This document shows, one piece after another, positions 46,376 through 58,605 of a stretch of DNA of 64,000 nucleotides. How positions within the stretch are numbered: the first letter of the stretch is position 1; every line of letters begins with the position of its first letter. Under the pieces are notes generated by a model, which was given only the letters and a program-made list of their open reading frames with translations, was not told the DNA's origin and did not search any database. Source of the stretch: Rebecca billardiae RCC1528 (Eukaryota > Protista > Haptophyta). The position numbers and the translations under genes were made by a program. The stretch lies in the NCBI GenBank assembly GCA_965240325.2, contig OZ251222.1:3286001-3350000 (forward strand). Direction: 5' to 3'.

Positions 46376-48693
46376 TCACTCGAGCTCCACAACGCCGCCG
46401 ACGCCTGGCCGCCTCTTCGACGGTGGCACCAGATCGGGCGGCAGCGTTGCCGGAAGTGGCTTGCCGGCGACAGATGATCGCACGAGGTGCATGGCGAGCG
46501 CAAACTCGTCCGCGTCAAGTTGGCCATCCTTGTCGACGTCCGACAGCTCCCACACTCGCCTGAGCGTATCGATGGCCAGGTTGGAGCGCTCGAGCACGGG
46601 CCGCACGGCGGCGCCACTGACCTTGCCGCCGTTGGGCGAGAGAGTGGCGAAGACCTCGTCGTACTTGGCCTTCTCCTCGGCCGAGATCGCCCACGCCGGC
46701 GCGCTCGGCGCGGCGGGCGGCGCGTCAAAAGGGTTGGCGACGGCCGCGCTCGACGGGGCGGGCGCCGGCCGTGGCTCGGCTGACAAGCCGAGCGCGCCCA
46801 TCGCCGCTGCTGCGGCGTCCGCGGGCCCCGTCAGCTGGGGAGTGCTATGTGCCACCGACGCAGGCGGCATGATGGCCGGCAGCGGCGGCGGCGGCGGCGG
46901 CTGCTGTTGCAGCTGCGGCGCGGACGCGACCGCCGGGCCTGGCACGTGCTCGTACATATCGCCCGTGCCCGTCGGACCCGTTAGCGCCGGCACGTTAGGC
47001 GGCGGCGGGAGGGAGGCCGCGACGCGCTCCGCAATCCCCGTCTTGAAGTGGCCCTCGTGCGGGAACTGCTCCATCAGCTTTGGGATGTCGCGGCTGAGCA
47101 CGAGGTCCATGGCCTGGCGAGCAGTCGCGCGTGTGCGCGCGCGCGCGCGGCCGCATGCGACGGCGCTGCTCAGCGGTGCGCGCGGAGAGGGGCGGGGAGG
47201 GAGCGGGGCGGGGCAGCAACGCACGCCGCGGCGCGCGCGCTCGCACCTCCACGAGCTCCTTGTTGAACTTTGGGAATTTGCTGATGTCGTGCGCCGAGAG
47301 CGACGCGCGGAACTTGGCGACGTCCGGGAAGTCGCCGACGGGCAGGTGGTGCGCGCGGTGCACCTTGAGGAAGACGTCCTCGAGGCCCTGCAGCAGCGCC
47401 GCCTGCTTCTTGTCCTTGCCGAACATGGCGGGCATCTCCTTCTTGAGGTGGCCGATCAGGTACGCGTGCACGCGCGACAGCCGCGTGCGCTTCACCAGCT
47501 CGTTCACCTTGCGCACCGCAGCATTCCTGCGCGTGCGCGTGCGGGCGCGTGGGCGCGCGCGCGAGCAGCGGCCTCAGCGCCAGGCGGTCGCGCGCGATCG
47601 AGCGCGCGCGCGACCGCGACCGCGCGCGACGCGGCGGCGCGCGACTACGCGCGCGAACCGCGGGATGTCGCGCAGGTCGCGCATCAGGTCCTTCATCTCC
47701 GCCTCGAACAGCTTCTCGTTCTCCTGGTGCCGGAACGGCTGGTTCCAGAAGGAGCCGATGTACACGCGGCACACCTCTGGCGACTTGAACACCTTGCCCA
47801 GCGACCACATCAGAGCGCCGTACACGCGCATGAGCTGCTGCGCGTTCACCTGGTCCGCCTTGTTGAGCACCACGCGCACCTTGTCGTCGTGCCCGCGCAG
47901 CACCTCGATCACCTGCTTGAACTCGTCCGAGATGTCCAGCTTGTGCGCGTCGAAGAGCAGCAGGATCATGTCCGCGCGCGCTGCAAACCACTCGGCGACA
48001 CCGACCATCGAGTAGCCGCGCGAGATGCGCTGCTTCTCGCCGGAGAGCACGCCGGGCGTGTCGATGATGGTGATGTACTCCAGGAGCGAGCTGGGCAGCT
48101 GCGAGCCCTGGAACTTGGTGAGGAAGCCGTTGCCGAACATCTCGAGACCCCTGCGCGCGGAGCAGAGCGCCCGCAGCAGCAGGGCAGGGTGGGCACGCAT
48201 GGGCTCAGCTGGAGCGGCCGAGCCGACGCCGCGAGGCGCGCCCACGGCACGCACACGCGTAGCGAGAGCGGTGGCGACGCCACCAGCGGGCGCACGCGCA
48301 CCTGAACGGCATGCTGGACGACACGGCGAGGGCATTGCCCGGCGTGACCTTCTCCTCGGCTCCGTGCATCACGGCGATGAACCGATCGGTCGTGGGCTCT
48401 GGGCCGATGTGCTGCCCAGGGAAATCGCGGCCGAGGAGGTAGCGAATGAATGACGTCTTGCCCGTCGAGTACTGCCCGAGCAGCAGCACCATCGGCTTTG
48501 CGTCAAAGTCGTGGTCGGTAAGCAGCGGCTGGTAGAACTCGCCGTACTTGTACAGCTCCTCAACCGGCTTGATCTTCTGCCGATAGAGATGCTTGAGCCC
48601 GTCGGTCACGGAGTCGAAGAGCACCGACGCGTCCGCGGGCTCGGGGGCATGCGCGCCGCCCGCGGCGCTGCCGGCGTGCGGCGGAGCGTACAT
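46376..48693 (-). CDS. EHD1: EH-domain-containing dynamin-like ATPase (EHD/RME-1), 4 exons
   Basis: LGQYSTGKT, IGPEPTTDRF, IDTPGVLSGEKQR, NKAD, C-terminal EH domain and an NPF motif. Introns 48151-48301, 47527-47658, 47114-47246. Confidence 0.93.
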
Positions 48694-48818
48694 GCGTGCG
48701 CTGGAGGATGCGCCCGGGCGGCGGCGGAAAAGCAGGCAGGATGGCGTCTGGACACCGGAAACCTCCCGCAAACCAGCAGGACTGAGGACTTCTGCGAAAG
48801 TTCGCCTATCGTGCCAGC

Positions 48819-50156
48819 ATGGCGGCTACTCCGACCGCGCAGCTCCTTTTCGTGCTCCTTTTCGCCGAACCTGCCCCCACAGCGTCCTGGGATGGTGACA
48901 CGCGCGGCGTCTGGGCACTGGCGTCCAGCAATCACGGCGGAGGCGACCTCGACTGCGTCAAGGACAACTCGCCGCCGTGCCGTTGCACGCGCGACGCGGA
49001 GGCGGCCACCGTGTTCGCAGCCGCGACCGCCCGTGACCTCCCGCTTCCATTGGCAACCCAAATCGCGGGCGACGCCTCTGCCGAGTTCGGCGTGCTCTCG
49101 CACGGCGCCACGCATCAGGTCGGCCAGCCGCCATGTCGCCAGTTCGCCCTCGAGATCTCGGGTGCAGGCGGCGGCGTGGCGGCGCTCAATTCGACGGCTC
49201 ACCGCGTGATCGCGGCCTCAGGTGGCAAAGTCGACGTCTTCGCGCACCTGTACGCCGTGCGCGACCCCGTGCTCGAGATGAAGCTTCTCGAGCGGATATT
49301 CGGGCCGAGGTTGCGCGCTGTCACCTTCGAGCGCTGGGGCACGCACGTCGAGGCGCACATCATACGTGTCGCGAACGGACGCAACGGCACGGCCGGTCGT
49401 GTCAGCGGCAGCGGCAGCGGCGGCGGCGACGATGCCAGCGGGCGCTTGGGCGGTCCAGCAGCGCTGGACTGGCTCGTGAACGAGCTCAGCCAGCGGTTTT
49501 CGCGCCGGCTGTGCGGCGCCAAGCTCGCCGACCAGTCCCCCGAGATGCGCTGCCGCAAGCCGTGGCGCACCGTGCTCGCACACGTGCTGAGCATGTGGCG
49601 CAAGGTCTTCCTCGCCTCTGAGATGCGCGCTCGGCACGAGCGCGAGGGCGGCTGTCGGTACGATCTCGTGATGCGCTCTCGCCCTGACGCGCGGCCGACG
49701 CGTCCGCTCGACCTGAGGCGCTTCGCGGCCTCCGCCGGCCGGCCGCAGCGCACCGCGCACGCCCTGTGTGCTGGCATGGGCCGGCGGTACTGCAAGCAGC
49801 GCGCAGCGGTCTGGCCCGCGACCGCATGCTGGGCGGATGACCAGGTCGCGCTAGGCGACCGCGACGCCATGACGGCGTACGCGCGCTTCTTCCCCGAGTT
49901 CAGCACCTTCGCGTGGTGGTACCCTCTCGCGCGCGCCGACAGCTGGCGCCACGTGAGTGAGCGGCTTCTCGGAGCGCACTTTGACTGGCGCGCGCGCTCA
50001 GCACGGGCACTCGCCGGCGCGCGCGAACCGTTTGCGTGGCACGTGCGCCAGCCTGACGGCAAGGTGGACTTCGGCTGGGTCCTTGACCGTGGCGCGTGCT
50101 TCCGCTGCCTGTCCGATAAGCCGATCCCACCCGCCCTGCGGCCATCAGCCACCTAG
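48819..50156 (+). CDS. Secreted/Golgi glycosyltransferase-like protein
   Basis: Signal peptide; YDLVMRSRPD..DDQVALGDRDAMTAY..SERLL matches the YDxVxRxRxD pattern of uncharacterised GT-A-like proteins. Confidence 0.55.
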   Translation: MAATPTAQLLFVLLFAEPAPTASWDGDTRGVWALASSNHGGGDLDCVKDNSPPCRCTRDAEAATVFAAATARDLPLPLATQIAGDASAEFGVLSHGATHQVGQPPCRQFALEISGAGGGVAALNSTAHRVIAASGGKVDVFAHLYAVRDPVLEMKLLERIFGPRLRAVTFERWGTHVEAHIIRVANGRNGTAGRVSGSGSGGGDDASGRLGGPAALDWLVNELSQRFSRRLCGAKLADQSPEMRCRKPWRTVLAHVLSMWRKVFLASEMRARHEREGGCRYDLVMRSRPDARPTRPLDLRRFAASAGRPQRTAHALCAGMGRRYCKQRAAVWPATACWADDQVALGDRDAMTAYARFFPEFSTFAWWYPLARADSWRHVSERLLGAHFDWRARSARALAGAREPFAWHVRQPDGKVDFGWVLDRGACFRCLSDKPIPPALRPSAT

Positions 50157-50439
50157 TGGCACGGCCGCGTGACGATTGTAGTCGAAGTGACGACTCACTA
50201 TGACAATAGACGAATACTGTAGTCGTCGTGACGACGCGTCGTCATCGGAAGAAATGAACTTCAGTGTCGGCCGCGGGATAAAATCTCGCGGCCGCCCGCG
50301 GGGCGCGGGCAGGGAAAACTGAAAACCAAACCGGGCTCTCGGCCGACGTCATCAGCCGGCGTCATCGTCGGCTCGTCGTCCGCGCAGCGAGCCTTTGCGG
50401 CCGCCCAAGCGTGGGTGCCATACGCTGGAAGGCGGGACG

Positions 50440-51837
50440 ATGAGCGCGCCGGGTGCAAAACCGTTGTCCCCGGCGGGAACGCCGACAATGATGCAGCACA
50501 TGGAGCTTGAGTCGAAAGACGCGCACGAGGAGCAGCATCCCGACGTGACGCACGTCCATCACGAGGTGCCGGTCCTCTCGCCGTTGGCAGCGGGCATCTC
50601 GCTCCTGAAGACGATGGTGGGCGCGGGTATTCTCGCCTTGCCCTGGGCGCTCATGCGCTTTGGGCTATTGACCGGGATCATAGGAATGGTTCTGCTCGCC
50701 GGGATTAACGTGGCGGCCATTCGGCTGCTCGTCCACTGCCGGGTGCGCGTGTACCAGTTGGACGCGGTCGCGGCCGTGCGGGAGCAGCATAGTCCGCTGT
50801 ACTCGCGCGGCCCTCGAGCACACGCGACCGTTCCGCCCAAAGCCCTGAACCTGAACCCGTACGAGACCATTGCGCTGCGCATCGTCGGGCGGCGATTCGC
50901 CACCCTGGCGACATGCGCTATCGTGCTCGGCCAGGTTGGCTCGTGCACGGCCTACATGGACGTCACGACCGAGACGCTGCTGTCGAGTCTGCCAATGCTT
51001 AGGCGGCCGCTTGTGATCTTCATCCAGTGGCTCCCGCTGACGTGCACCGGCTTTCTGAACGGGCTGAGTGACGTGGCGTGGCTGGCGGTCGCCGGGCTGC
51101 TGTGCTACACCACCGTGATCTTCGCGCTGTTCTGGCACGGAGTGCCGCACTTGGCTGAGCGCGAGGAAACGCTGACCGGCGTGACGCTGGTCAACCTGGG
51201 CGGGTTCGGGTACTGGTGGGGCATCTCGATGTACGCGTACGAGGGGATCGGCAACGTGCTGCCCATCTTCGAGGAGATGCGCACGTTCGAGCTGCCGCAT
51301 CGGTACCTGCGTGTCGTCTCCGCGGTGTACGTGGGCGCCTTCGCGCTGTGCTGCACGGTGGGCTCGGTCGGGTACCTGTGCTACCTGGACGAGACGGAGG
51401 AGGTGATCCTGTTCAACTTCCCGAAGGGCCTGGTTACGACCGTCACGAAGCGCTCGATGGCGGCGATGCTGCTCTTCACATTCGTCGTGCAAATGTACCC
51501 GGTGCACCGCATCGCTGATGAGCAGTACGCTGAGCTGATCGACCGCCCGGCCGAGCAGTTCAGCTGGCTCGAGCGCATCGTGCTGCGAATGTTCGTGACG
51601 GCAGTGCCTTGCTTGATTGCGTCTGTCGCCCCGCACGTGTCTGTGGTGGTGGACCTGGTGGGCAGCGTGTGCTTCTCTTTCCTGGGCATGCTCGCGCCAG
51701 CGGTCATGTACCAGCGGCTGTTCCGCCAGGAGCTCACAACGAAGGACAAGGTGCTCTTGGGGGTGCTGTACGTGACGGGCGCGGTGGGCCTCTTCTTCGG
51801 CACGCTCTCGCCCGTCGTTGGCTGGCGTCGACGCTGA
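50440..51837 (+). CDS. Amino-acid permease, AAAP/Aa_trans family (SLC36/38-like), copy 1
   Basis: LLKTMVGAGILALPW, MYAYEGIGNVLPI, about 11 TM segments. Confidence 0.92.
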   Translation: MSAPGAKPLSPAGTPTMMQHMELESKDAHEEQHPDVTHVHHEVPVLSPLAAGISLLKTMVGAGILALPWALMRFGLLTGIIGMVLLAGINVAAIRLLVHCRVRVYQLDAVAAVREQHSPLYSRGPRAHATVPPKALNLNPYETIALRIVGRRFATLATCAIVLGQVGSCTAYMDVTTETLLSSLPMLRRPLVIFIQWLPLTCTGFLNGLSDVAWLAVAGLLCYTTVIFALFWHGVPHLAEREETLTGVTLVNLGGFGYWWGISMYAYEGIGNVLPIFEEMRTFELPHRYLRVVSAVYVGAFALCCTVGSVGYLCYLDETEEVILFNFPKGLVTTVTKRSMAAMLLFTFVVQMYPVHRIADEQYAELIDRPAEQFSWLERIVLRMFVTAVPCLIASVAPHVSVVVDLVGSVCFSFLGMLAPAVMYQRLFRQELTTKDKVLLGVLYVTGAVGLFFGTLSPVVGWRRR

Positions 51838-51878
51838 TTGGCGCTGCGCAACGTTGGCAGCGTGCAGTCTTATGAGTA

Positions 51879-52018
51879 TACTCATTCGAATTTCTATATG
51901 ATTTGACGACACAGGTAGGAGTAGGTCTAGGACGACGCGGGTCTCCTGATTCGTCGGCGGCAGTGCCCGATCGTCGACACGAAGTCGGCGTTGGTGGCAG
52001 AGCATAGCCTGCACCGCG
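51879..52018 (-). repeat. Dispersed repeat copy (inverse of 43518-43645)
   Basis: Reverse complement aligns with 43518-43645, with small insertions. Confidence 0.88.
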
Positions 52019-52322
52019 ATTAGCCGTCGTCAGACTTTTATTATAATAAACAAATTGCTGGCGACGAAATTCATATTTTGTTAAAATTAATATATATTAT
52101 TATAATTAAGAATACTCGGACTCGGAGACTCATCGGAATCTGATGATGACACTGATCGGTCAATCATCAGTCGTCTGTCGCTGTCTCGCTGACTACAGCG
52201 CATTGTATATTGGGTGACGCCGGGGCCCGGCGGCCGCCGGGGGTGGCACCGGCAGAGTCGTCGCTGTCGATACGGTGTGGACAACACAAAGGCGGGCGAC
52301 GAGCCACAAAACCGCACGCGGA

Positions 52323-53711
52323 TCAGCGCGTGCGCCTCGAGCCGGCGAGCGGCGCAGTCGTGCCAAAGACCAGGCCGATGACGCCGATCACGAACAGCAC
52401 CGCCAGCAGCGCCTTGTCCTTCGTTGTCAGCTCCGGACGGAACAGCCGCCCGTACATGATCACTGGCGCGAGCACGCCCAGGAAAGAGAAGCACACGCTG
52501 CCCACCAGGTCCACCACCACAGACACGTGCGGCGCAACGATCGCGACCAAGCAGGGCACGCCGGTCACCAGCATGCGCAGCACGATGCGCTCGAGCCAGA
52601 TGAACTGCTCGGCCGGGCGGTCGATCAGCTCCGCGTACTGCTCGTCAGCGATGTGGTGCACGGGGTAGGCCTGCACCACGAATGTGAACAGCATCATCGC
52701 CGCCATCGAGCGCTTCGTGACGGTTGCAACCAGCCCGTCCGGGAAGTTGAACAGGATCACCTCCTCCGTCTCGTCCAGGTAGCACAGGTACCCGACCGCG
52801 CCCACCGTGCAGTACAGCACAAATGCAGCAACGTACACCGCGGAGACGACGCGCAGGTACCGCTGCGGCTGCTCGAACGTGCGCATCTCCTCGAAGATGG
52901 GCAGCACGCAGCCGATTCCCTCGTACGCGTACATCGCGATGCCCCACCAGTACCCAAATCCAGCCAGGTTCACCAGCGTCACGCCGGCCAGCGGGTCAGC
53001 ACGCTCCGCCACGTGCGGTATGCCGTGCCAGCCGAGCGAGAAGATCACGGTGGTGTAGCACAGCAGCCCGGCGACCGCCAGCCACGCCACATCGTTCAGC
53101 CCTTTCAAAAAGCCGGAGCAAGTGAGAAGGACCCACTGCACCAAGATCACAAACGGCCGCCGCAGTGCAGGGTAGTCGGTGATGACAGTCTCAGACACCA
53201 CATCAATGTACACGGTGCAAATGCCCAGCTGGGCGAGCACGATCGCACATGTGGAGGCGTTGGCGAATCGTCGACCGACAATGCGCAGCGCGATCGTCTC
53301 GTACGGGTTGAGGCTCAGCGCCTTTGGCGAGACCAGCGAGCTGCGAGCACCAGATGTGAGCGGTGTCTGATCACGTGCTGCTGCGACTGCAGAGTCCAGC
53401 TCGTAGATGCGCACCCGGCACTGGATCACGAGCCGAATCGCCACCTGGTTGACCATGGCGACGACGACCATGCCGAGCATGCCCGAGACTATGCCGAACC
53501 GCATCAGGGACCAGGGAAGTGCGAGGACGCTGGCGCCGACCATGGTCTTCATGAGCGAGACACCAGCAGCAAACGGCGAGAGGACCGGCACCTCGTGATG
53601 GACGTGCGTCACGTCGGGGTGCTGCTCCTGCGCATCACTAGGCTCCCGCGCCAAGCCCATCATAGGTGCACGCCCTGTCAACATCTCCGCCTCGTCGCTG
53701 GACTGGCGCAT
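52323..53711 (-). CDS. Amino-acid permease, AAAP family, copy 2
   Basis: Paralogue of copy 1; ATG 53711. Confidence 0.92.
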   Translation of the reverse strand: MRQSSDEAEMLTGRAPMMGLAREPSDAQEQHPDVTHVHHEVPVLSPFAAGVSLMKTMVGASVLALPWSLMRFGIVSGMLGMVVVAMVNQVAIRLVIQCRVRIYELDSAVAAARDQTPLTSGARSSLVSPKALSLNPYETIALRIVGRRFANASTCAIVLAQLGICTVYIDVVSETVITDYPALRRPFVILVQWVLLTCSGFLKGLNDVAWLAVAGLLCYTTVIFSLGWHGIPHVAERADPLAGVTLVNLAGFGYWWGIAMYAYEGIGCVLPIFEEMRTFEQPQRYLRVVSAVYVAAFVLYCTVGAVGYLCYLDETEEVILFNFPDGLVATVTKRSMAAMMLFTFVVQAYPVHHIADEQYAELIDRPAEQFIWLERIVLRMLVTGVPCLVAIVAPHVSVVVDLVGSVCFSFLGVLAPVIMYGRLFRPELTTKDKALLAVLFVIGVIGLVFGTTAPLAGSRRTR

Positions 53712-53934
53712 CACGCTGCAGCGCAAGTCGGCCGGTGTCGGCGGCGGCAGGTCTGTAGTGCGGCACCCGTGCGGTGACGAATCATGAGCAGCAGGTTTTT
53801 CCAATCATCACTTTTTTGACGCGACAAAAAAGAAAATGCGTTTTTGTCGTAATGTCGTCAGTCGTCGTCCGGCTGCTCACGAACGACGGTCACGCCGCGG
53901 AGCCGCCATCGCATCGCGCGCTCGGCAATCGGGC

Positions 53935-55326
53935 ATGGACCGCCAGTCGAGCGACGAGGCGGAGACGTTGACAGGGCATGCACCCACGGAGCACATGGAG
54001 CTCGAGCCTAGTGATGCGCAGGAGCAGCACCCCGACGTGACGCACGTCCATCACGAGGTGCCGGTCCTCTCACCGTTTGCTGCTGGTGTCTCGCTCATGA
54101 AGACCATGGTTGGTTCTGGAGTCCTCGCCCTCCCATGGTCACTCATGCGCTTCGGCTTAGTCTCAGGCATGCTCGGCATGGTCGTCGTTGCTGTCGTGAA
54201 CGTCGTGGCCATTCGGCTTGTGATACATTGCCGAGTCCGCATTTTCCAGCAGGATGCAGCCGCAGCGGTACGCGAGCAGAGCCCGCTCACAGCCCATGCC
54301 CACAGCTCGCTGGTCTCGCCAAAGGCGCTGAGCCTCAACCCGTACGAGACGATCGCGCTGCGAATTGTCGGTCGACGATTCGCCAACGCCTCCACGTGCG
54401 CGATCGTGCTCGCCCAGATGGGCATATGTACGGCGTACATTGACGTGGTGTCTGAGACTGCGCTTGCTGCCAGTCCAGACCTGCAGCGGTCGCTTGTGAT
54501 CTTGGTGCAGTGGCTGTTTCTCACGTGCTGCGGGTTTTTGAACGGTCTGAACGATGTGGCGTGGCTGGCGGTCGCCGGGCTGCTGTGCTATACCACCGTG
54601 ATCTTCTCGCTCGGCTGGCACGGCATACCGCACGTGGCGGAGCGTGCTGACCCGCTGGCCGGCGTGACGCTGGTGAACCTGGCTGGCTTTGGGTACTGGT
54701 GGGGCATCGCGATGTACTCTTACGAGGGAATCGGCTGCGTGCTGCCCATCTTCGAGGAGATGCGCACGTTCGAGCAGCCGCAGCGGTACCTGCGCGTCGT
54801 CTCCGCGGTGTACGTTGCTGCATTTGTGCTGTACTGCACGGTGGGCGCGGTCGGGTACCTGTGCTACCTGGACGAGACGGAGGAGGTGATCCTGTTCAAC
54901 TTCCCGGACGGCCTGGTTACAACCGTCACGAAGCGCTCGATGGCGGCGATGATGCTGTTCACATTCGTGGTGCAGGCCTACCCCGTGCACCACATCGCTG
55001 ACGAGCAGTACGCGGAGCTGATCGACCGCCCGGCCGAGCAGTTCATCTGGCTCGAGCGCATCGTGCTGCGCATGCTGGTGACCGGCGTGCCCTGCTTGGT
55101 CGCGATCGTTGCGCCGCACGTGTCTGTGGTGGTGGACCTGGTGGGTAGCGTGTGCTTCTCTTTCCTGGGCGTGCTCGCGCCAGTGATCATGTACGGGCGG
55201 CTGTTCCGTCCGGAGCTGACAACGAAGGACAAGGCGCTGCTGGCGGTGCTGTTCGTGATCGGCGTCATCGGCCTGGTCTTTGGCACGACTGCGCCGCTCG
55301 CCGGCCGGCGCAGCAGACGTAGTTGA
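53935..55326 (+). CDS. Amino-acid permease, AAAP family, copy 3 (inverted duplicate of copy 2)
   Basis: Head-to-head with copy 2; 3' half almost identical to it. Confidence 0.92.
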   Translation: MDRQSSDEAETLTGHAPTEHMELEPSDAQEQHPDVTHVHHEVPVLSPFAAGVSLMKTMVGSGVLALPWSLMRFGLVSGMLGMVVVAVVNVVAIRLVIHCRVRIFQQDAAAAVREQSPLTAHAHSSLVSPKALSLNPYETIALRIVGRRFANASTCAIVLAQMGICTAYIDVVSETALAASPDLQRSLVILVQWLFLTCCGFLNGLNDVAWLAVAGLLCYTTVIFSLGWHGIPHVAERADPLAGVTLVNLAGFGYWWGIAMYSYEGIGCVLPIFEEMRTFEQPQRYLRVVSAVYVAAFVLYCTVGAVGYLCYLDETEEVILFNFPDGLVTTVTKRSMAAMMLFTFVVQAYPVHHIADEQYAELIDRPAEQFIWLERIVLRMLVTGVPCLVAIVAPHVSVVVDLVGSVCFSFLGVLAPVIMYGRLFRPELTTKDKALLAVLFVIGVIGLVFGTTAPLAGRRSRRS

Positions 55327-55897
55327 CGTTGGCACCATACGCTACGACTCGTAATAACTACAAGCGCTATATACCGGATTGCTGTAGCAGCTGAGCTGCT
55401 GCTGCTGTATACGTATACTGCTAGTATTCAAAAAGCGCGTATACTGTACTCTGTGACTGTAGTCAGTAGACACGGACTCTAGGCCAGACTAGGCCTAGCT
55501 TAGTAATTAGCAGTTATTAGTCAGTGTCAGTGTGACGCCATGCGAATTACTAGAATCTAGATAATTGACGATATATATATATATATATATATATGCCAGT
55601 GACGTGACGATCTGAAATTCTGAATTATAAGCTCGGTTACGGTCGGTAGCTCGCGACTCAGACGACTCGTCTCGCCGCCATCAAGATTCGATCCGCGCTC
55701 TGATCTCCGGCATCAGACCGCCGGCTCGTGGAGAACGCAGTAGACTGTGCGCGTGGGTTTTCACTAGTGGGAGGCTCGTCTCTCTCTGCATATCGAACTC
55801 GATGCTCTCGTCGGAGAGTCACCAACGGTCACCCGATGTAGAATAGCGGTGCGGTATAGATGATACCGCATCAGCACGATCGAGAGGGGGGCAGGCG

Positions 55898-58605
55898 CTA
55901 GCCCTTCGACGCATCCTGCTTGCCCTTCGCCTCCTTGAGCGTGACGGAGCGATTGAACACGAGGCCGGGTGGCCCGCTGTCCGGGTCGCACACGAAGAAG
56001 CCCACGCGCTCGAACTGCATGCGGTCGCCGGGCTTGGCCTCGCGCACGGACGGCTCGGCCAGCGCGCCACGCACCGCCTCGAGCGAGTTGCTGTTGAAGC
56101 ACGCCAGCCAGTCCGGCTCGGCGCCCACGTTCTCTGCCGTGAAGAGGTGGTCGTACAGCCGCACCTCGGCGAGTTCCACCTTGCCCTCGTCTGGCACCCA
56201 CTGCAGCACGCCCTTGGGCTGCTGCTTCTTGGCGCGGCTCGCGCTGTCCGGGTCCATGCGCACGCGCAGCTCGGCGGGCTGGCCGTCCGCGCCGAGGATG
56301 ACGTCTGTGCACTTCACGAAGAAGCCAGCGTACTTGAGCCCCACCTCCTTGTCTGCGCGCGCGCGCGCGCGCGACCGCGACCGCGACGCAGGCGTGGTGG
56401 GCGCCGCTCAGCGTCGGCTGAGGGCGACAGGCGATCTGGCGCGGGCGCGCACCCGGTGCGAGGCCGTAGTAGTTGGGGTCGTCGACCATGTGGAAGTCCG
56501 AGCGGTCGATGTAGATGGTGCGCGTGAGCCGGATGGTGCGCGTGCCCATGCCCTCGTCCTTTGGGTGGTTGCGCGCGCTCAGGTCGACGGGTGCGGGCAG
56601 GTTCTCGATCGTCACGCGCAGCGGCCGCAGCACCGCCATCACGCGGCGCGCGCTCGCGTCGAGCTCGGCACGCAGCGTGGACTCGAGCACCTCGAAGCGC
56701 GTGAGCACGCCGTCCACGCGCGTCACGCCGACGGTCTCGCAGAACCGGTTGATCGACTCGGACGAGTAGCCGCGCCGCCGCAGCCCGGCGAGCGTGAGCA
56801 GCCGAGGGTCGTCCCAGCCGTTCACGAGGCGCTGCGTGACGAGCAGGTTGAGCCTGCGCTTCGAGAGCACGTTGTGCGTGAGGTTGAGCCGGCCGTACTC
56901 CCACGTCGCAGGCTTGTACATGCCCAGCCGGTCGAGCAGCCAGTAGTACGAGCCCTCGGGCGCCTGGCGCGTCTCGAACTCGAGGGTGCACAGCGAGTGC
57001 GTCACGTTCTCGATCGAGTCGATCACGCAGTGCGTGAAGTCGTACGTGGGGTAGATGCACCACTCGCGCCCGCCCTCGCCCGGGTGCGGCGTGAACTTGA
57101 CGCGGTACGCCGCGAGGTCCCACATGTTCGGGTTCGACGCCGCGAGGTCGCCCTTGAAGCGCAGGAACGCCTCGCCCTCGCCCACGCGCCCCTGGCGCAT
57201 CCGCTCGAACCAGCGCAGGTTCTCCTCGACGCTCCTGTCGCGCCACGGGCTCTTGGCGGCGGCGGGCACCTCGCCCTTCTGGTGGTGCGCCTCGACGAGG
57301 AGCGCGCGCGAGGCGCGCACTTCCTCCTGCGTCTGGTGGCACACGTACGCGTCGCCGGACTTGATCAGCTGCACCGCGAGCGCGTGCAGCTGCCCGAAGT
57401 AGCTCGAGGAGTGAGTGACGCACTTGGGCGAGTGGCCGAGCCACGTGACCTCCTTCTTGATCATCTCGAAGAACTCCTCCTCCTCCGCCTCGGGGTTGGT
57501 GTCGTCGAAGCGGAGGATGGTGTGCCCGCCTGTGCGCCGCGCGTAGCCGAAGTTCATGTTCATCGCCTTGGCGTGGCCGATGTGCAAGTACCCTGCGCGC
57601 CGTCCCGCGCCGCGCGCGGCAGGGCAAGCGCCGCGCGCGCTCGGTCAGTGTTTCGCGCCGCCAGCTCACGTGCGCCACGCCGCTCGCTCGCGCGCGCGCG
57701 CGCGCGGCGGGATTGGGCGCGGGAGGCGGCGCAGCGCTCGTGGTCGCGCGCGCGGGCGCACCGTTCGGCTCCGGCGGGAAGCGCGTGATCACCTTGCCGC
57801 CCGTCTGCTCGAGGTGCTTGCGCAGCAGCGCCTCCGAGTTGAGCGCGTACGGCGGCTCGCCGCGGTTCTCAGAAGGCGCCGGGAAGCTGCGCTCGGCGCC
57901 CTTGCTCACGTCATCTGACGCGGCGGCGGCGGCGGCGGCGGCGGCAGGCTTACTCGCCGCGCCGCCCTCCGCCTTCGGCTGCGCCGCCTTCGCCTTCTCC
58001 TTCTGCTTCTGCTTGAAGGCCTTGTCGTCGAGGTCCTCAGCGGTCTTCGGGCCGAGCTGCTGCGCGATCGCGGCGTCGATCGCGCCCTTGAGCGCCGCGC
58101 CGTCGGCCCAGCGCAGGCGCTCGCCCTCGGGCCCCGTCTGCAGCTTGCGCACAAACTGGCCCACGTTCGTGCGGTACCGCGTCTCTGCGATCGCCGCGCG
58201 CTCACGCTCGACGAGAGCCCGAGCAGCCGCATCGATCTCGTCGGCTGAGACGACCACACCAACGCCACTCTGCTTCCGCAGCTCGCCGACGTCGACCGTG
58301 GACGCCGTGAGTACCATGTTCAGGTACGCGAGACCACCCTCGAGCTGCTGGTTGCGCGCGACATCGCGCGCGCCAATCAGTCGCGCGAGCGCTTCGCGGT
58401 GTGTGTCCGGCAGCGCCTTTGCCTTGGGCGACGTCGCGAGCTTGTAGATGAGCGTGCCCACCTCCTTGGGGCAACCTGTCGCGGCCACGCCCGCCACCTC
58501 GGCCAGGCGCAGGACCACCTGCACAGTCGCGGCGCTGGACACTGGCTCCGTGATGCCCAGCCGCGCGAGCTGCTCGGCACTATCGGACATCGTCGCGGTC
58601 GCCAT
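55898..58605 (-). CDS. QARS: Glutaminyl-tRNA synthetase, eukaryotic type, 3 exons
   Basis: TRFPPEPNG|YLHIGH after splicing, RFDDTNPE, WCIYPTYDF, LSKR, QFERVGFF; eukaryotic N-terminal extension. Introns 57593-57761 and 56353-56452. Confidence 0.96.
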
